The translations under genes and the position numbers were made by a program. Positions 7,268-15,040 of a stretch of 38,278 nucleotides of DNA are shown here, one piece after another. This DNA is from Candidatus Berkelbacteria bacterium CG06_land_8_20_14_3_00_43_10 (GTDB taxonomy: Bacteria; Patescibacteriota; UBA1384; GWA2-35-9; CG2-30-43-20), in contig PEVO01000026.1 in NCBI GenBank assembly GCA_002780235.1, forward strand, positions 1 through 38,278, written 5' to 3'. The stretch's first letter is position 1, and each line of letters starts with the position of its first letter. The notes under the pieces are model-generated. The model made no database searches. It was not told the DNA's origin and was given only the letters and a program-made list of their open reading frames with translations.

Positions 7268-8209
7268 ATGAACACTAAACAAATTTTTACTTGCGCACTC
7301 GATATGGGAAAAGCTGCCGATCCACGCGGAAAAGCGGGGGTTGCACGGTGGTTAAAAATAATGAAACGCAACTGGGACGATGCAACGCCAGCACGCAAAA
7401 AAGAACTCGACGCCGAACGCCTTACTAACCCGTATATGGATAGTCGCATCCATTTTGACAGTGGCAAAAAGGTGACCAAAGCGCTTGTGGGTATCGATAT
7501 CGGGTCTGCGGAGATGTTGCTTGCCGATACACTCGGCGCAGATTTGGTTATTTCTCACCACCCACACGGCAATGGGCTGGCACAACTTGATGAGGTGATG
7601 CATCTGCAAGCCGATCTTTTGCACGCGACTGCCGATGTGCCCATCAACGTCGCAGAAGCGATTATCCGCACCCGTTCCCAAGAGATTGCGCGCAAATTGA
7701 GCCCTTTAAATCACCATCAAAGTGTAGACACGGCGCGCCTACTCAATATTTCGCTCATCAGCATGCACACGCCTGCCGATAATATCGTCTGGAAGCATGT
7801 GCACGATCTCCTCGCAAAAACAAAGCCCGATACGGTGGGTGATGTTGTCGACGCACTCAAAAAAATACCTGAATATCAAGAAGGTTTACGCCGTGGCGAA
7901 GGTCCTACTATTTTTGCAGGCGAACGCACCAACCGCGCAGGAAAGGTTGTTGCAAGCGAATTTACCGGCGGGACAGAGCTCGGAAAAGAGTTATATCTGC
8001 ATTTAGCACGCGCCGGTGTAGGCACCGTTGTGGGCATGCACGTTGCAGAAGACGCCCGTGTGCAAGCCCAGAAACATCATATAAACATTGTGATCGCCGG
8101 GCACATGAGCTCCGATTCGCTCGGCATGAACCCGATACTCGACGCAATCGAGTCAAAAGGAATTGAAATTATCCCGTGCTCGGGGTTGATTAGGGTCAAG
8201 CGGACATAA
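7268..8209 (+). CDS. NIF3 (DUF34/YbgI) family dinuclear-metal-centre protein
   Basis: Family motifs DLVISHHPHG near the N-terminal third and VIAGHMSSDSLG near the C-terminus. The length of 313 aa is typical for the family. Confidence 0.8.
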   Translation: MNTKQIFTCALDMGKAADPRGKAGVARWLKIMKRNWDDATPARKKELDAERLTNPYMDSRIHFDSGKKVTKALVGIDIGSAEMLLADTLGADLVISHHPHGNGLAQLDEVMHLQADLLHATADVPINVAEAIIRTRSQEIARKLSPLNHHQSVDTARLLNISLISMHTPADNIVWKHVHDLLAKTKPDTVGDVVDALKKIPEYQEGLRRGEGPTIFAGERTNRAGKVVASEFTGGTELGKELYLHLARAGVGTVVGMHVAEDARVQAQKHHINIVIAGHMSSDSLGMNPILDAIESKGIEIIPCSGLIRVKRT

Positions 8210-8214
8210 TTTCC

Positions 8215-8916
8215 ATGAACGAGACCCAACTTATTAAGAAACTTAAGAAAATAAAATCAATGGGTTTTGTAAAAACTCATAGGGCACACGATACAGGGAT
8301 CGGGAAAACGCTTGAAGACCTTCTTGGAGTTAAGGAAAATAACTTTCGATTACCCGATATTGGCACAATCGAACTTAAAGCAAAAAGGCTTGATTCTGCA
8401 AGTATGCTCACGCTTGCAACTAAATCCCCTGAACCACGTGGGGTGAACCGGATACTATTTGAAAACTACAAGTATGTAGACGAAAATAGTTGTTTCTGCT
8501 TACATTCAACAGTTTGTGGGTCAAAAGCAAACCCACAAGGTTTTAAGCTCTCTCTTGGTAATGGAAAATTGATTTTAGAAAACAAAAACAACATTAACGC
8601 GTATTGGTTACTTACCATTTTTGATACCGTTTTGCTATCTAAATCAGGTAAGATAGTGCTAGTATTCGCCGAAACAAAGGGGGACAGAAAAACTCCAAGT
8701 GAACACTTTCATTATTGCGAAGCGTATGTATTATCAGATTTAAACAAAGAAAAGTTTCATACAGCGATCAGGACTGACAAGCTTAAGGTTGATATACGCA
8801 TTGGAATGTATCGAAGCGGTAAATCGATCGGTAAATACCATGATCACGGCACGGGCTTGAGAATAGATAAGCGTAATTTCCTCGCTCTCTTTGACACATA
8901 TAGAAAACTTATCTAA
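8215..8916 (+). CDS. Type IIP restriction endonuclease, MvaI/BcnI family
   Basis: HDTGIGKTLEDLLGVKENNFRLPDIGTIELKAKR, KIVLVFAETKGDRKTPSEHFHYCEAYVL and HDHGTGLRIDKRNFLALF parallel the BcnI sequence blocks as I recall them (..LVLVFAET.G....EEQFHF..AY.L, HDRGPHLRI). The gene is AT-rich and convergent with a DNA methyltransferase. Confidence 0.75.
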   Translation: MNETQLIKKLKKIKSMGFVKTHRAHDTGIGKTLEDLLGVKENNFRLPDIGTIELKAKRLDSASMLTLATKSPEPRGVNRILFENYKYVDENSCFCLHSTVCGSKANPQGFKLSLGNGKLILENKNNINAYWLLTIFDTVLLSKSGKIVLVFAETKGDRKTPSEHFHYCEAYVLSDLNKEKFHTAIRTDKLKVDIRIGMYRSGKSIGKYHDHGTGLRIDKRNFLALFDTYRKLI

Positions 8917-8924
8917 GAGCCTGT

Positions 8925-10790
8925 TTAATCTTTTCTCAAAATTACAATACTCTCCTTATTCATAGTTTCTTCGAGTTCACCTGTAACGTTTGTTGGAGAA
9001 TTTTTAGTTGGCATTCTTTTGCCAGGAATATTCCTCACGATAATATCTTCACATACAAAACCTATATTTTCTCCTAATTCTGCGATAATGAAGTCCGTTG
9101 GTATTCTGACTTGTTTCACCTGTCTATTACCAATCACGAGGCAGAAGTAACTATTCTTTTTAAGTATTTTATAAGCATGTTTCATACAATCGTTGAGCCC
9201 GATATTAAAACTTAATACTTCCCGCGCACGTTTTTCATCTTTTAGAGCTATCTTTGATAATGCATCTGTTAAGTAGTACGATTTGAGTGGATTATCTAAC
9301 TGCGCGACTGGATGTCCTCCTAAAAGCTCATTATCAACTCCTGATGCCGTGTTTGGATCGTCAAAAATATCGACCCACTGCGCTGAAAGTCGTGAAAACT
9401 GCCCATATGCAACCGTTGTGCGACTGTCGCCATATGGTGGAGATGTGATAATGCAGTCTACTGAATCTTTTTGTATACCATTATCACCCGAGGAATCACC
9501 TAAAATTATTGTTACCTTTGTATTAGTATCAACGTTTTCAAAATATGACGTCATCCCTATAATATTTGACTCTGTTTTTTTTGTGAAAAAGCCCAGCACG
9601 TCTGGATTGTGTGTATCGAGTTTTTCTTTTTTCATTCTCACTAATTTGAACTCTCCATTTTTTGTATTTGATGAGAATCTCACTGTTTCGCTTAACCCCA
9701 CCATAAAGAAGTTCCGAACATTATTATTATCAATGCCTTGGATCGCTTTTTTTATCTTTGCGAGCATAATGATAACTTTTTCGTTAAACCAAAAATCGCA
9801 ATTGTTAAACGTTGGCTTACTGATATCTGTTTCTTTAACTCGAGATATTCGGTCAAGGAGCGAAAAATATGCCGTTCGTATCTCTCGAGGATTAATTTCT
9901 GTTGTTTTTGCGCGCGCAAGAAACAATGCGAACGGGTTAAGATCAATCCCTACTACATTCCGTCCTAAAATGCGACTCTCGACCAATGCTGTTCCTGAAC
10001 CACAGAATATGTCGCACACCGTATCTCCTTTTTTACTATACTTTTGTAACAAGCGGTTTGCGACTTGCGGAATAAACATTGCTGGATATGTATGCAAACC
10101 ATGCGTATATGATTTTGTTTTCTCCCCTCTGAAGTCCCATGAGAAATCAATACGTCTTTGATAGTGAGAATCACGTGCGATCTCCCGTTCGACAGGATAG
10201 TCAAGGCTTCGTATGATTTTTACAACAACACCTCTCACCTCAACTTCTTGTCGGTAGAGTGGAAATAGCTCTGGATTTGCTGGTTGTAGCCGTATACGAT
10301 TATTTTCTCGGTATAGCTTTTTTAAGGTTGCCTGATTGTCATCTATGATAGCGACGACCGTTTGCCCATTATGTGCATATTCTTGTTTTCTTAAAACCAC
10401 AGTATCGCCGTCAAAAATCCCTTCATCTATCATGCTATTACCAACCACTTGCAGAGCATAAAAGTTTCCGAACTTTCCTACCTCATTTCTTGATAAAGTT
10501 ATGGTTTGGTCAGGGATCTCTATAGCTTCTATCGGTTGACCTGCAGCAATGGTCCCAACGAGTGGAATCTGAATGACTTCTTTTTCTTGCGTGGTGGTAA
10601 CTCCACGTGGTTGGTTATACTCTTTAAGTAAGTAGCCCGCTTCTTGCAGTTTTTTAACATGATAATGTGCTGTTGAGACTGATGCGAGCCCAAAATGATC
10701 TTTAACTTCATCGAGTGACGGTGAATACTTTTTAGTTTTAATGAAGTTTTTAATAAACTCAAATACTTCTTTCTGCCGTTTTGAGATCAT
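8925..10790 (-). CDS. LexA repressor (wHTH + S24 autopeptidase) fused to an SPPY-type (probably N4-cytosine) DNA methyltransferase
   Basis: ORF trimmed to MISKRQKEVFEFI... (ATG 10790, AAGGAGGGGG upstream). The N-terminal ~215 aa align to LexA landmarks: the wHTH, the cleavage site VGTIAAGQP, the catalytic Ser in VVGNSMIDEGIFDGD and the Lys in ATLKKL. The C-terminal ~400 aa carry MTase motif I (DIFCGSGTALVES), then after ~180 aa motif IV (IITSPPYGDSRT). This order is alpha-like (I - TRD - IV). Confidence 0.85.
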   Translation of the reverse strand: MISKRQKEVFEFIKNFIKTKKYSPSLDEVKDHFGLASVSTAHYHVKKLQEAGYLLKEYNQPRGVTTTQEKEVIQIPLVGTIAAGQPIEAIEIPDQTITLSRNEVGKFGNFYALQVVGNSMIDEGIFDGDTVVLRKQEYAHNGQTVVAIIDDNQATLKKLYRENNRIRLQPANPELFPLYRQEVEVRGVVVKIIRSLDYPVEREIARDSHYQRRIDFSWDFRGEKTKSYTHGLHTYPAMFIPQVANRLLQKYSKKGDTVCDIFCGSGTALVESRILGRNVVGIDLNPFALFLARAKTTEINPREIRTAYFSLLDRISRVKETDISKPTFNNCDFWFNEKVIIMLAKIKKAIQGIDNNNVRNFFMVGLSETVRFSSNTKNGEFKLVRMKKEKLDTHNPDVLGFFTKKTESNIIGMTSYFENVDTNTKVTIILGDSSGDNGIQKDSVDCIITSPPYGDSRTTVAYGQFSRLSAQWVDIFDDPNTASGVDNELLGGHPVAQLDNPLKSYYLTDALSKIALKDEKRAREVLSFNIGLNDCMKHAYKILKKNSYFCLVIGNRQVKQVRIPTDFIIAELGENIGFVCEDIIVRNIPGKRMPTKNSPTNVTGELEETMNKESIVILRKD

Positions 10791-10826
10791 AGTTTCCCCC
10801 TCCTTATATCTTCTTATTATATACAT

Positions 10827-10856
10827 AGTATATCGAAAGTAAATAGAAAGTGTCAA
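10827..10856 (-). promoter_or_regulatory. promoter of the LexA-methyltransferase gene
   Basis: Minus strand TTGACA (10856-10851), N18, TATACT (10832-10827). The palindrome ATATAC-ATA-GTATAT (10819-10833) overlaps the -10. Confidence 0.55.
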
Positions 10857-10947
10857 GGGTTTGTATCCCTCTTTATTGTACCTTTCTTAGCAAACTCTCA
10901 TTGATGCTTTACGCACCTTTCATTGTGCGGTATTCTAGTAGTGGACT

Positions 10948-10966
10948 GTGTTACGGTGTGTAACAC
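10948..10966. promoter_or_regulatory. 7-bp inverted repeat GTGTTAC-N5-GTAACAC just upstream of the Clp-like gene's SD
   Basis: Perfect arms at 10948-10954 and 10960-10966. It ends 5 nt before AAGGAGGGGA (10971-10980) and the GTG start at 10982. It could be an operator or a 5-prime-UTR hairpin. Confidence 0.4.
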
Positions 10967-10981
10967 ATCAAAGGAGGGGAC

Positions 10982-13672
10982 GTGCTCCCAGGATTTTTGG
11001 AGTGGATGTATAAAGAAGGGCTCACGCAAACGATAGCGATGTATCGGTCGGTTGTTCTGTTAACGTTTGACTTTTTTTCTGTAAAACTACTCCTGCGGAC
11101 ACTTTTTGCACCGTGGAAGCGCGATGAGGTAGAACCAGAAACGCCATCGCTCCAACTTATTATGCAAGCGTTCTGGAACAACCTTATTGCGCGCGGTATC
11201 GGTATGTGTGTGCGCGCGATCACCATCTGTATGGGTTTGGCGGCAACTGTATCTGTTGTTGTCGGCGGTGCGTTGTTTGTCGGTATAACTGCCACATACC
11301 CTGCCAGTGTGCCGTTGCTTATTGTCGTTGGCGTGATCGTGATGACCAACCAGACGTTTGTACTTCTGACCACAGGGCTTCTTTTAGTTATCGCGGGAGC
11401 AAGTGTGGGTATCGCATCGTATCGTGCATATCTTAAAAACAGATGGCGAGACACAGTGCCCGCAACGCCACTTGCGACAGCGCTCACCCGCAACGCAGGC
11501 TTATCACCATGGCTCACCCGCAAGGCGACTAATGCGATGGATGTCACACTCCCCGTCAGTGCGATTAAAAAAGAACTGGCGCTCACGCGCGAGGGGATGT
11601 TTATCATCAACCGCGCAGGGTTAACCAACCAAGAATACACCGGCGCCGACCTGCCTGCATCGGTCACCAAAGAGTTGCTTTACCTAGCAGCAGCACAAAG
11701 TGCGATTACGGCGAAAAGAGATCGCATCGGCATCGGCGATATTATCTACGCAACGTGCGCACTCGACCCCACGCTCCAATCTATTATGACCCAGCATGAA
11801 CTCACGCTCGCCGATATCGCCAGCGTCGTTGCATGGCAAGAGCATTTCTGGACACTTCTGGAACCACCATCGGCGCTTCTTGACCCAAAAAATCTCAAAT
11901 TTACAGGAGGTATTGGCAAAGACTGGGCGTCCGGCTATACATCGTTTCTCAACAGATTTTCATATGATCTTACCGAGGAGGTGACCAACCCGCTGTATGA
12001 TTTGCAGTTTGTTGCACACAAGCAGCAGATCGCGGAGATAGAACGTGTTTTGGCACGTTCTGGCAAACACAACGTCATTCTTGTGGGCGAAACGGGCGTG
12101 GGCAAAAAGACTCTCGTGTATGGGTTGGCACGCCAAGTTTTAGTGGGCAAAACACTGGGACCGCTTGCGCATAAACATCTTATCGAACTCGATCTTACCT
12201 CGCTTTTGGCATCGAGCGGATCGACCCAAGAGCTGGAATCAAACCTAGTCAAGCTGATGAACGAGGCAACGCGATCGGGTAACACTATTCTTTTTGTCGA
12301 CGAGATCGCACGGTTGCTTTCTTCCCACGACGAAGGGTTAGGGACAACAAACGCGGTGCAGATATTAGTGCCGTATCTGCAATCATCACAGCTGCAACTG
12401 ATCACCACTACCACACCGCCGGAATATCATAAAGATATAGAACACCAACCAAATTTGGCTGCAACGTTTGAAAAGATCGATGTGGTAGAACCATCGCCAG
12501 AAGAGGTGCTCCAAGTGCTCCAGGAGATCGCGCCATCAATAGAGGCAAAACACCATGTATTAGTTACCTACCAAGCGCTGCGCCATCTCATCAAACAAGC
12601 AACGCGCTACATGGGTAACCGTAAGTTCCCCGAAAAGGGGATCGACTTACTCGATGAAGTTGCGGTAGAAACATCGACGCAAACACCCGGCGCAACCATA
12701 ACGTCTCAAACGATAGACGCGCTCATATCGCAGAAAACACATACTCCGGTGGGAACGGCAGACCAAGCGGAGAAAACATCGCTTTTGCAACTGGAAGACG
12801 CGCTGCATAAGCGTGTGGTTAACCAAGTAGCGGCGATCAGCGCTATATCCAATGCGCTGCGCCGGTCGCGTGCCGGGGTGGGGTCACAGAACAAACCGGT
12901 TGGGTCGTTCTTGTTTCTTGGACCAACTGGTGTGGGCAAAACAGAAACCGCAAAAGCACTCTCCGAAGTGATCTTTGGGTCTGACCAAGCGATGATCCGC
13001 ATCGATATGAGTGAATATCAAGAGATTAGCGCGATTCGCCGACTTATCGGCGATGAAACGCAGGCAACCGGCGGGATGTTGACCGACCAAATTAGAGAAC
13101 ATCCGTTTGCCGTGGTGCTCCTCGATGAGATAGAAAAAGCGCACCCCAAGATACTTGATATCTTTTTACAGGTGCTCGATGATGGTCGGCTGACCGATGC
13201 GTTGGGGCAAGTTGCCGATTTTCGCAACGCCATTATTATTGCAACGTCAAACGCAGGGTCAAACCTTATCCGTCAGACCATACAAAGTCAAACGACCGCA
13301 ACCGATATGGAAGTACTCTCCAAACAGTTGCTGGACCTTGTGCAAAACGAAGGCACGTTTCGCCCCGAATTTTTGAACCGATTTGACGCCGTGGTTGCCT
13401 ACCGCCCACTGACCGTAGACGAGTTGATGAGCGTGGTCGACAGACAGCTGGCACTTATCAACAAACGCATGGAAGAGCGCCATATGACCGTGGTGATGCA
13501 AGCGCCCGCAAAACAAAAACTGGCGCAACTTGGGTTTGACCCCGCGTTTGGCGCCCGTGCACTGGTGCGCGCAATGACCCAAACGGTAGAGAATCAACTG
13601 GCACAAGCGATACTTGGCGGCAGCGTGAAAAGTGGGGGGAGTTTCGAGGTGACGCAAGAGATGATACAATGA
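10982..13672 (+). CDS. membrane-anchored double-AAA+ Clp/Hsp100-family ATPase
   Basis: GTG start follows a strong SD. The N-terminal ~170 aa hold several hydrophobic helices. D1 has Walker A GETGVGKKT and Walker B ILFVDEIA. D2 has Walker A GPTGVGKTE and Walker B VVLLDEIEKAHP with FLQVLDDGRLTD and PEFLNRFD. There is no long M-domain between D1 and D2, and I saw no IGF/IGL ClpP-docking tripeptide. Confidence 0.85.
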   Translation: MLPGFLEWMYKEGLTQTIAMYRSVVLLTFDFFSVKLLLRTLFAPWKRDEVEPETPSLQLIMQAFWNNLIARGIGMCVRAITICMGLAATVSVVVGGALFVGITATYPASVPLLIVVGVIVMTNQTFVLLTTGLLLVIAGASVGIASYRAYLKNRWRDTVPATPLATALTRNAGLSPWLTRKATNAMDVTLPVSAIKKELALTREGMFIINRAGLTNQEYTGADLPASVTKELLYLAAAQSAITAKRDRIGIGDIIYATCALDPTLQSIMTQHELTLADIASVVAWQEHFWTLLEPPSALLDPKNLKFTGGIGKDWASGYTSFLNRFSYDLTEEVTNPLYDLQFVAHKQQIAEIERVLARSGKHNVILVGETGVGKKTLVYGLARQVLVGKTLGPLAHKHLIELDLTSLLASSGSTQELESNLVKLMNEATRSGNTILFVDEIARLLSSHDEGLGTTNAVQILVPYLQSSQLQLITTTTPPEYHKDIEHQPNLAATFEKIDVVEPSPEEVLQVLQEIAPSIEAKHHVLVTYQALRHLIKQATRYMGNRKFPEKGIDLLDEVAVETSTQTPGATITSQTIDALISQKTHTPVGTADQAEKTSLLQLEDALHKRVVNQVAAISAISNALRRSRAGVGSQNKPVGSFLFLGPTGVGKTETAKALSEVIFGSDQAMIRIDMSEYQEISAIRRLIGDETQATGGMLTDQIREHPFAVVLLDEIEKAHPKILDIFLQVLDDGRLTDALGQVADFRNAIIIATSNAGSNLIRQTIQSQTTATDMEVLSKQLLDLVQNEGTFRPEFLNRFDAVVAYRPLTVDELMSVVDRQLALINKRMEERHMTVVMQAPAKQKLAQLGFDPAFGARALVRAMTQTVENQLAQAILGGSVKSGGSFEVTQEMIQ

Positions 13673-13674
13673 AT

Positions 13675-13767
13675 AAAGTCCGTAAAGTCAAAAGTCCGTA
13701 AAGTTTTAAAGTCCAAAAGGGATTCCATGGTTTTCACTTTATAGACTTTATGAACTTTATAGACTTT
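13675..13767. repeat. iteron-like palindromic intergenic element, copy A
   Basis: Left arm: AAAGTCCGTAAAGT x2 plus a degenerate third copy (13675-13719). Core: GGATTCCATGGTTTTCACTTTA (13720-13741), identical to 33421-33442. Right arm: ACTTTATAGACTTT x2 (13736-13749 and 13754-13767), the approximate reverse complement of the left-arm units. Confidence 0.7.
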
Positions 13768-13778
13768 CAACTAAATAT

Positions 13779-14180
13779 ATGAGCCAATACAAAGTTCCCC
13801 AAAATGTTGATATGCAAGATAAGATCGTTGGACCGCTCACAATGTTCCAATTTTTGTATCTGTTAGCCGGCGGGATGATCTTTTATTCTACATTTAAAGC
13901 AGGGCAAACTGTGTTGACGATTTTGGTCGGCATCCCCGCCGCACTTGTTGGACTCGCATTTGCCTTTGTCAAAGTTAACGACCAACCGTTTAATAAATTT
14001 GTCGTCTCGTTTGCGTTCTTTTTAACGCACCCCAAATCGCGTGTTTGGCATCAAGGCGGGAGCACACCAAGCGTGCTGGTAACACAGGACCCCAACAAAA
14101 AAGATGCGCATGTGACACCAAAGGCGCTTGATAAACAAAAGCTCGCAACCGTTGCGCGCACGCTGGACGAAGCATCATGA
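13779..14180 (+). CDS. PrgI / VirB3-like small membrane protein of a T4SS-like locus
   Basis: The N-terminus YKVPQNVDMQDKIVGPLTMFQFLYLLAGG, followed by two TM helices, matches the PrgI family pattern (from memory). The stop overlaps the next start (ATGA). Confidence 0.65.
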   Translation: MSQYKVPQNVDMQDKIVGPLTMFQFLYLLAGGMIFYSTFKAGQTVLTILVGIPAALVGLAFAFVKVNDQPFNKFVVSFAFFLTHPKSRVWHQGGSTPSVLVTQDPNKKDAHVTPKALDKQKLATVARTLDEAS

Positions 14181-15040
14181 CTAAAAAACCAACGAAACCA
14201 CAAGCGCCCTCGACACAGCAACACGTCAACGTGGTGCAAGTAAAGCAAGGGATCATTGTGACGCGTACCGGGTCGCTGCGCCAGGTGCTTAAAGTTGAAC
14301 CCGTCAACTTTGCGCTCAAATCTGACCAAGACAAAGAGGTGATGATCGGGCAATATCAAAACTTTATCAACTCGCTTACTTTTCCTATCCAAATTGTCAT
14401 TCACTCGCGCCGACTCGACGTCACGCCCTATCTGCACCGTTTATCGCAGAGGGTTGCGCAAGAGCCCAACGAACTACTCCAACTACACGCGTATGAATAT
14501 ATCGATTTTGTATCGGAACTGACATCGATGACCAATATTATGGATAAAAAGTTTTATGTTGTGGTCGGCTACGAACCACCACCGACCGCGCGTAAAGGGT
14601 TTTTGAGTAATCTGTTTGGAAAAAAGCAAGACATTATTTCATTTACGGAAACCGATTGGCAAAAACATGCAGCAGAGATGGGACAACACGTGGGCACTAT
14701 CGCCGGCGGGCTTGCAGGGCTTGGGCTCAAAGTTGACACCCTTGATACGCAAGAGGCGATCGAACTGCTCTACGGCGTATATAACCCAGAAGAGGCGACC
14801 AGCGAAAAGCTAACCGAGGTTGAGTCGATGCAGTCATCGGTCGTATCGCTCACGGCGCAAGGCGCGCCGACGCAACCAGCAGGCACACCGGTGACGACCC
14901 CGCCAGCTACTGCGCAACCCACTGGGCAAGGCGCAGGAGTACCCGTAACAGCTCCACCACAACCCGCACCACCGGCACAACCAGCGCAACCATTACCAAT
15001 AAAACAACCCCAAGGAGGGTCTGATGCCCCCAAACAGTAG
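14177..15040 (+). CDS. T4SS-associated protein resembling the extreme N-terminal domain of Gram-positive VirB4 (TrsE/PrgJ) ATPases; Pro-rich tail
   Basis: VQVKQGIIVTRTGSLRQVLKVEPVNFALKSDQDKEVMIGQYQNFINSLTFPIQIVIHSRRLD follows the pattern that opens many VirB4-type proteins (from memory). The C-terminal ~60 aa are P/A/Q/T-rich. It overlaps the VirB4 ORF by 17 nt. Confidence 0.6.
   Translation: MTKKPTKPQAPSTQQHVNVVQVKQGIIVTRTGSLRQVLKVEPVNFALKSDQDKEVMIGQYQNFINSLTFPIQIVIHSRRLDVTPYLHRLSQRVAQEPNELLQLHAYEYIDFVSELTSMTNIMDKKFYVVVGYEPPPTARKGFLSNLFGKKQDIISFTETDWQKHAAEMGQHVGTIAGGLAGLGLKVDTLDTQEAIELLYGVYNPEEATSEKLTEVESMQSSVVSLTAQGAPTQPAGTPVTTPPATAQPTGQGAGVPVTAPPQPAPPAQPAQPLPIKQPQGGSDAPKQ

Noticed and set aside
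9283-10161. 292-aa + ORF antisense to the LexA-methyltransferase gene
   Set aside because: It is an AT-rich antisense frame with Phe/Ser/Ile-rich low-information sequence. The minus-strand product has clear LexA and MTase motifs.
10887-10897. TTAGCAAACTC resembling the left half of a CIRCE (HrcA) heat-shock operator upstream of the Clp-like gene
   Set aside because: There is no matching right half (GAGTGCTAA) 9 nt downstream, and the left half itself is interrupted.
10951-11670. 239-aa minus-strand ORF
   Set aside because: It is antisense to the N-terminal membrane domain of the Clp-like gene and runs through its SD and start. It is a shadow ORF.
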